DNA of 64,000 nt from a bacterium. Lineage in GTDB: Bacteria; Electryoneota; Electryoneia; Electryoneales; Electryoneaceae. Below are positions 58,928 through 64,000 of the stretch, piece by piece. Both the position numbers and the translations under genes were made by a program. Every line of letters starts with the position of its first letter. The first letter of the stretch is position 1. The notes under the pieces are model-generated. The model saw only the letters and a program-made list of their open reading frames with translations. It did no database searches and was not told the origin of the DNA. The DNA is taken from positions 13,250-77,249 of the forward strand of contig JAHLLB010000002.1 of NCBI GenBank assembly GCA_020444425.1. The letters run 5' to 3'.

Positions 58928-59925
58928 TCGGCTGGTGGCAGTTGCCGCGTTTGACGTTTCAGGCGTTCAATGCGTTCTGTCTTTTGCCTCATGTGGTTGA
59001 TCTGTTCACCGAGCAGTCCCATCGAGAAGAATTGCACACCGACAATCAGCAGCAGAATCCCGAGGAAGAATAGCGGACGGTCGCCGATCGGCTGTCCCAT
59101 GTACCACTGAATCGTCAGCAACGCCAGGATGCCAAAGCCAACAAAGCCGGATACCAGTCCGAACGCGCCGAACAGGTGCATCGGACGGGCAGCATATTTG
59201 ACGAGGAACAGCACCGTGAGCAGGTCAAGGAAACCGTGCAGGAAACGCGACAGGCCAAATTTCGTCTTGCCCCAGCGACGCGGGTGATGCTGAACCGCCA
59301 GCTCGCCAACGGTGAATCCCTGTGATTTGGCGAGGATCGGAATGAAACGATGCAGTTCGCCGTACAGCTCGAACGTTTCGACTACTTCCCGGCGGTAGAT
59401 CTTGAGACCGCAGTTGAAATCGTGAATCTTGATGCCGCTGGTCATCCGCGCGACGCCGTTGAAGAATTTTGATGGCAGGGTTTTGGAGATCGGATCGTGC
59501 CGCTTCTTCTTCCATCCGCTGACCATGTCGTAGCCGTCGTCCAGCCGTTTGATCAGGTTCGGAATTTCGTTGGGGTCATCCTGCAGGTCGGCATCCATCG
59601 TCACCACCAGCCGGCCACGCGCCTCTTCAAACCCGGCGGACAATGCAGCGGATTTACCCTGGTTGCGACGGAAGTGAATGACATGAACCCGGGGATCTTC
59701 AGCCTTGAACTGCTCGAGCTGGTCGAAGCTGCCATCACGGCTGCCGTCATTGACGAAGATCAGCTCAGCGTCCAGAGCTTCGCGTTCCAGCACCTCGTCG
59801 ATGGCGGGCTTCAGGTGGGGCAGAGATTCGTCCTCATTCCAGAGGGGAATCACGATGCTGACGAACGGCGTATCGCCGTCAACTACCCGTCGTTCGCTTT
59901 CAACTGGAAGGGATCCGTCTTCCAT
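58924..59925 (-). CDS. Family 2 polyprenol-phosphate glycosyltransferase (ArnC/GtrB/DPM-like)
   Basis: IP.WNE, NDGSRDG, MDADLQDDP, HDFNCG.K and GELHRFIP motifs, with two C-terminal TMs. Confidence 0.9.
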   Translation of the reverse strand: MEDGSLPVESERRVVDGDTPFVSIVIPLWNEDESLPHLKPAIDEVLEREALDAELIFVNDGSRDGSFDQLEQFKAEDPRVHVIHFRRNQGKSAALSAGFEEARGRLVVTMDADLQDDPNEIPNLIKRLDDGYDMVSGWKKKRHDPISKTLPSKFFNGVARMTSGIKIHDFNCGLKIYRREVVETFELYGELHRFIPILAKSQGFTVGELAVQHHPRRWGKTKFGLSRFLHGFLDLLTVLFLVKYAARPMHLFGAFGLVSGFVGFGILALLTIQWYMGQPIGDRPLFFLGILLLIVGVQFFSMGLLGEQINHMRQKTERIERLKRQTRQLPPAE

Positions 59926-60659
59926 TCCGGGTTCAACTCCAGAGTGTCGAACGTGATGCCGAGTTCGGTCGGATAGGCTCCACCGCCGCGCAAGTTCAAG
60001 GATTGCGCCAGTGAGACCCCGCTCAGCCGTGTGAATTGACCGTATTCCTTCAACAGGACCAGCGATTGGGTGCCGGCATCCAGCCAGCGTTCCTCTATCA
60101 CCCGGTCCTCCGTTGGATCATACAGAATCTGGTGTTCCAGCGACGCCTCGGCAAGTCTCCATTTCCACAGGGAGTCCGTTGCCGTCACCTCGAAGGACAC
60201 GGTGTTTTCCAGCATATCTGTGGCGGAAATTGACCGTGGCAGCGGTTCAAAGATACGAATCAGGTCTTTCGCGGGAAACGGAACACCCGTTATTTCCTGC
60301 AGATCAAAGTCGTCCACGCTACCGGTCTCAAACTGGCCGGTGGCGAACCACGCTTCGTACCTGCCGTCCGAGATGACGATATCTCCGACCGAGATGCCGA
60401 ACATCATCTTCAAGCTCAGTGACAGCTGATCCGTTGGCGCAAGGTACAGCGTGCCGAACATGGTGCCGCTGAACTGGGTGTTCTTCACCTGCAGCTTCAA
60501 CCGCCCTTCCACATGATCCATCTGCGACCAGGCGGCAGTCAGCCGTGTATTCAGGAGTTCGGGTGACGGGGTCTGCCCGGAGAAGTCCGGTTTATGGCTT
60601 GCACAGCCAGCGAGGAATAACAGTGTGAGAAGGAGATAAGCGGGAGCATAGCGCAGCAT
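59883..60659 (-). CDS. Lipoprotein, DUF4292/LolB-like
   Basis: Lipobox LAGC and beta-rich sequence; it follows a TPR lipoprotein as in FCB-group gene clusters. Confidence 0.65.
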   Translation of the reverse strand: MLRYAPAYLLLTLLFLAGCASHKPDFSGQTPSPELLNTRLTAAWSQMDHVEGRLKLQVKNTQFSGTMFGTLYLAPTDQLSLSLKMMFGISVGDIVISDGRYEAWFATGQFETGSVDDFDLQEITGVPFPAKDLIRIFEPLPRSISATDMLENTVSFEVTATDSLWKWRLAEASLEHQILYDPTEDRVIEERWLDAGTQSLVLLKEYGQFTRLSGVSLAQSLNLRGGGAYPTELGITFDTLELNPEWKTDPFQLKANDG

Positions 60660-60665
60660 GCGAGC

Positions 60666-62090
60666 TCACTCCTCCAGTTTGCGGGTCAGAGCGACTTCGT
60701 CACCGCCGGCGTCAATGGCGCGTTGCCACATCTCGCGGGCCTTCTCCGCATTTCCCATCGCGGCGTAAACATCCCCGAGATGCTCGAGGATTTCGTAATG
60801 CTCAGGATTGATCCCAGCAGCTCGTTCGAGGTAGGTAATCGCCTCGTCGTACTGGCCCTTCTGGTAATAGATCCAGCCCTTGGTATCGAGGAAACTGGCG
60901 TTTTCCGGTTCCAATGACAAGGCGTCTTCTGATAATTCGAGCGCACGGTCGAGGTCGGTGCCCTGTTCGGCCAGCAGGTAGGCGAAATTGTTCAGGATCT
61001 GCGCGTCGCCGGGGGATAATTTCAGCGCATCCTCATACAGGTCTTCCGCCTCACTGAACCGGCCCTGCTCGTGGTACAGGAACCCGAGGTTGAGGAAGTT
61101 CTGCGAGTCTTCCGGATCGAGCTGAATCGCGCGCTTCAGGGCGGACTCGGCCTTGACTTCCTGATCCTTGAGCATGTACACCGACGCCGCCAGCGCGTGC
61201 AGCGGTGCGCTGACCGGGTTGTAGCTGAGGCCACTGTCGGCGAGTGTAATCGCGCGGTCTTCGTTTCCGCGAATCACCTCGAGACGGATCCACATGTCCC
61301 AGTAACGCGGTTCCACCGGACGCATGGTTGCCGCAGCGGCGATGGATTCCACGGCGCGCGTGGTGTCCCCCATGTCGAGATACAAGCCGCCGATGAAGAA
61401 CGGGATGCGGTCTTCCTCGGGACGATGGGTCTGCAGCTGCTGGTAGACCTCGACCGCTTCGTCCAGACGATCCAGCGAACTCAGCAATGACACTTTCCGC
61501 ATCAGGATCGGTACTGGATCAACTTCCGGCAGTTCGAGCAGGCGGTCGTAGGTCTCAGCCGCTTTTTCGGTCTTGCCGGTGCGTTCGTAGGCAACGGCCA
61601 GATGCTGCAATGTGGTCGCTTCATCTGGCTGAATCTGCATCAGTTCTTCGAAGGTGACGACGGCGTCCTCAAACAACTGTTCGTCCAGCTGAAGCTCGCC
61701 GAGGTGGGTCAGGATGGTCGGGGCGTTGGTAATCCGCGCCCCTTTTTCGAGGGTCGTCCGGGCTTCGTCGATTCGTCCCAGTTGCGTCGCCATTTCGGCC
61801 ACAGCATGGTACAGTTCGACTTGTGTGCTGTCCCGCATCAGGCCGCGCTTGTACTCGTGCAACGCGAGCCGGTACTCCCCCGCCGACTCGAACACCGAAC
61901 CGGAGATGGCGTAGTCCATCACTTCGTCGGACGGAGGATTCGGAGTCACGACTTGCGTGTCTTCGGTGGATGCTGTTTTCCGCATCTCACCGGTACCCGC
62001 ACAGCCGGCAATCAGCAACGCCAACAACAGGGTCGGGACAACAGTTCGTTTAATCAATGAAGAACCGGAAGATATCGTGATACGTGACAA
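60666..62090 (-). CDS. TPR-repeat lipoprotein
   Basis: Lipobox IAGC, about 10 TPRs, LNNFAY.LA, FLDTKGW.YY and EHLGDVY motifs. Confidence 0.88.
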   Translation of the reverse strand: MSRITISSGSSLIKRTVVPTLLLALLIAGCAGTGEMRKTASTEDTQVVTPNPPSDEVMDYAISGSVFESAGEYRLALHEYKRGLMRDSTQVELYHAVAEMATQLGRIDEARTTLEKGARITNAPTILTHLGELQLDEQLFEDAVVTFEELMQIQPDEATTLQHLAVAYERTGKTEKAAETYDRLLELPEVDPVPILMRKVSLLSSLDRLDEAVEVYQQLQTHRPEEDRIPFFIGGLYLDMGDTTRAVESIAAAATMRPVEPRYWDMWIRLEVIRGNEDRAITLADSGLSYNPVSAPLHALAASVYMLKDQEVKAESALKRAIQLDPEDSQNFLNLGFLYHEQGRFSEAEDLYEDALKLSPGDAQILNNFAYLLAEQGTDLDRALELSEDALSLEPENASFLDTKGWIYYQKGQYDEAITYLERAAGINPEHYEILEHLGDVYAAMGNAEKAREMWQRAIDAGGDEVALTRKLEE

Positions 62091-63114
62091 CCAGCACCAA
62101 TGCCAGCAACAGCACCATGCCTACATTCTGCGCGACGATCTTGATCCGGCCTGATACCGGACGTCGAATCACCGCCTCGATCAGAATGAAGACAAGGTGT
62201 CCGCCATCCAGCACCGGGAACGGCAGGATGTTCAGCAGGCCGATACTGATGCTGATCAACGCGATGAAGCCGAGGAAGGTTTCCCATCCGGCACGCGCTG
62301 TCTCACCACTCAGGTACACAATTCCCGCAGGGCCGGTCAGATCCTTGACAGAAGCCTGGCCGGTAAACAGCATCTGGATTGACTTGATGCTTAGCCCGAG
62401 CACATTGACCGTCATCCGGGCACCGAGGGATACTCCCTCACCGATGGTCACCGGTTCGCGGTTGAAGTTCGGGCCGACGCCGACCATGCCAACGTCCCGC
62501 GCGCCGTCGTCGTCCATGATTGCCTGAGACTTGGTCGTCATCGTCGCGGCGACGGTGTCTGCACCACTCAACCAGACCAGGTTAACGTCCATTGCCGGCT
62601 TGGCGTGTACTGCATCGCGGAACTCTTCCCACGAGGCGATGGCGTTACCATCCACGCTGAGAATGCGATCGCCGGGAAGCAGTCCCGCTTCTTCCGCCGG
62701 GAAGCCCTGCGAGATGCTGCCAATGACCGGGGACGGATCAATCACCGCTTCGCCCTTGACCCAGGCGATGCCGGTGTACAGAATGAAGCCGAGCAGGAAG
62801 TTCATCAACACGCCCGCAGTGATGACGAACGCTTTCTGCAGCGTGTTCTTGGATTGGAATTCCCATGGTTCGCCGGTGATTTCGTCACCGCCGAACTCGT
62901 CAATCATGCCGGAGATCTTCACATAGCCGCCGAGCGGAATGTAGCCGAGGCGATATTCCGTCTCCCCGCGCTTGATCCCGATCAGCTTGCCGAACCCGAG
63001 CGAGAATGCTTCCACCCGCGCACCGACAGCCTTTGCGGCGAAAAAGTGGCCGGCTTCATGGACGAAGACAACCACACCGAGGACAACGATAAACGACACA
63101 AACGTCAATAACAT
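62050..63114 (-). CDS. rseP: RIP metalloprotease RseP
   Basis: HEAGH, IPLGGYVKI, AGV.MN, a PDZ domain (GL.PGDRI) and NILPFPVLDGG. Start at ATG 63114. Confidence 0.95.
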   Translation of the reverse strand: MLLTFVSFIVVLGVVVFVHEAGHFFAAKAVGARVEAFSLGFGKLIGIKRGETEYRLGYIPLGGYVKISGMIDEFGGDEITGEPWEFQSKNTLQKAFVITAGVLMNFLLGFILYTGIAWVKGEAVIDPSPVIGSISQGFPAEEAGLLPGDRILSVDGNAIASWEEFRDAVHAKPAMDVNLVWLSGADTVAATMTTKSQAIMDDDGARDVGMVGVGPNFNREPVTIGEGVSLGARMTVNVLGLSIKSIQMLFTGQASVKDLTGPAGIVYLSGETARAGWETFLGFIALISISIGLLNILPFPVLDGGHLVFILIEAVIRRPVSGRIKIVAQNVGMVLLLALVLVVTYHDIFRFFID

Positions 63115-63178
63115 GAGCAGTCCGTTCAAGCAAAATTCAGCGCGTCGAAGCTGACGCTGACAACTCAGAAGATAAGGG

Positions 63179-63212
63179 AAAAAAAGGCCGGTTCGCACGT
63201 ACGAACCGGCCT
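63179..63212 (-). terminator. Intrinsic terminator of the 63270-63941 gene
   Basis: AGGCCGGTTCG-N6-CGAACCGGCCT followed by a U-tract on the minus strand. Confidence 0.8.
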
Positions 63213-63269
63213 CAAATCGGTTTCGTCTACCCTGCATACTTTAGGATGCAGGAATAGTTCCGGAGATGC

Positions 63270-63941
63270 TTACCCTCCGAGAACAATCCCGGCCTGCAAC
63301 GTCAGCCAGTTGCCCGGCGCGGGGTCTTCCAGGCTCGGAATGATGTAGTATTTCATACCGACACGGAACGCGAGCGGGAACCCGGTCGGCTTCAGCTTGG
63401 CACCTAGAGCGAGGTGCAGACCGAATTCCATCTGGATCTCGTCCACAAGATCAGCTTCATCAACTTCTTCAGAAGCTGAATCAACGTTGTCAAGAATAAG
63501 GTCGGAAGAAAAGACGGGGGCCACGGCCATAAAAGACGGTCCGCCACCGACAAACACTCCACCAATTCCAGGCAAAGGCAGCACAGTGTAGGTAGCAGTC
63601 AAATCTGCCCCAGCACGTAAATACGGAAGTGTTTCTTCTTCCGGCAAGAAGGTACCGGCGCCCGGCACATTCGAAACGTAGCCGGCATCGTAGGAACCGT
63701 AGGCAGCTTCCAGACTCAGTGCGAGATCAATCATCGGAATCATGCCAAACGTAATATCAATACCACCGCCCACCAGCCCGTTCATCTCGCTGCGAACGAT
63801 ACCACCATATCCGTCGCCAAACTCGATCAGGTTCGCCTCTCCATCAATCGTTGTCGCATCGTAGTTGAAGTGGAACCCGATCCCTGCAAAACCCGGCGCT
63901 GCCATCATGCACAACACAAAAACAGCGATCACCTTTTTCAT
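63270..63941 (-). CDS. Outer-membrane beta-barrel-like hypothetical protein
   Basis: Signal peptide MKKVIAVFVLCMMAAPGFA and alternating amphipathic strands. Confidence 0.65.
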   Translation of the reverse strand: MKKVIAVFVLCMMAAPGFAGIGFHFNYDATTIDGEANLIEFGDGYGGIVRSEMNGLVGGGIDITFGMIPMIDLALSLEAAYGSYDAGYVSNVPGAGTFLPEEETLPYLRAGADLTATYTVLPLPGIGGVFVGGGPSFMAVAPVFSSDLILDNVDSASEEVDEADLVDEIQMEFGLHLALGAKLKPTGFPLAFRVGMKYYIIPSLEDPAPGNWLTLQAGIVLGG

Positions 63942-64000
63942 CTTCTTCTCCCTGGAAGACGTTACACCCAAACTTGGCTCCAGACCCGGAATACCGGTAT

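Overview
This is a chromosomal window from a GC-rich diderm bacterium, most likely an FCB-superphylum lineage outside classical Bacteroidia. That assignment is an inference from two proteins with YPNPFN-type T9SS C-terminal sorting domains, a yggS-divIVA-ileS(type 2)-dksA string and a DUF4292-like lipoprotein. Left part: a GT-C/TPR protein, a hotdog thioesterase, a flavodiiron protein, a stand-alone dnaK with a sigma54-type promoter, and an imuA-less imuB-like/dnaE2 cassette with a GAAC-N4-GTTC box. Middle: a soluble globin-coupled chemoreceptor, a TetR-TolC-MFP-RND efflux operon, tRNA-Leu(CAG), and a chemotaxis-like operon with a two-HPt CheA, two receivers, two CheX-type proteins, a degenerate HDOD protein and no cheW. 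Right part: yggS-divIVA-ileS-dksA, T9SS cargo genes, and a ~17.5 kb tightly coupled envelope operon from rseP to mpl that contains an orphan DNA methyltransferase and ends in tRNA-Sec(UCA). Elements not in the ORF track are the tRNA-Sec gene overlapping a convergent CDS, a candidate sigma54-driven three-hairpin sRNA just downstream of the che operon, REP/MITE-like palindromes, and heptamer/decamer tandem repeats after stop codons. No CRISPR array, rRNA, prophage or transposase gene was seen. All calls come from reading motifs by eye; no database searches were run.
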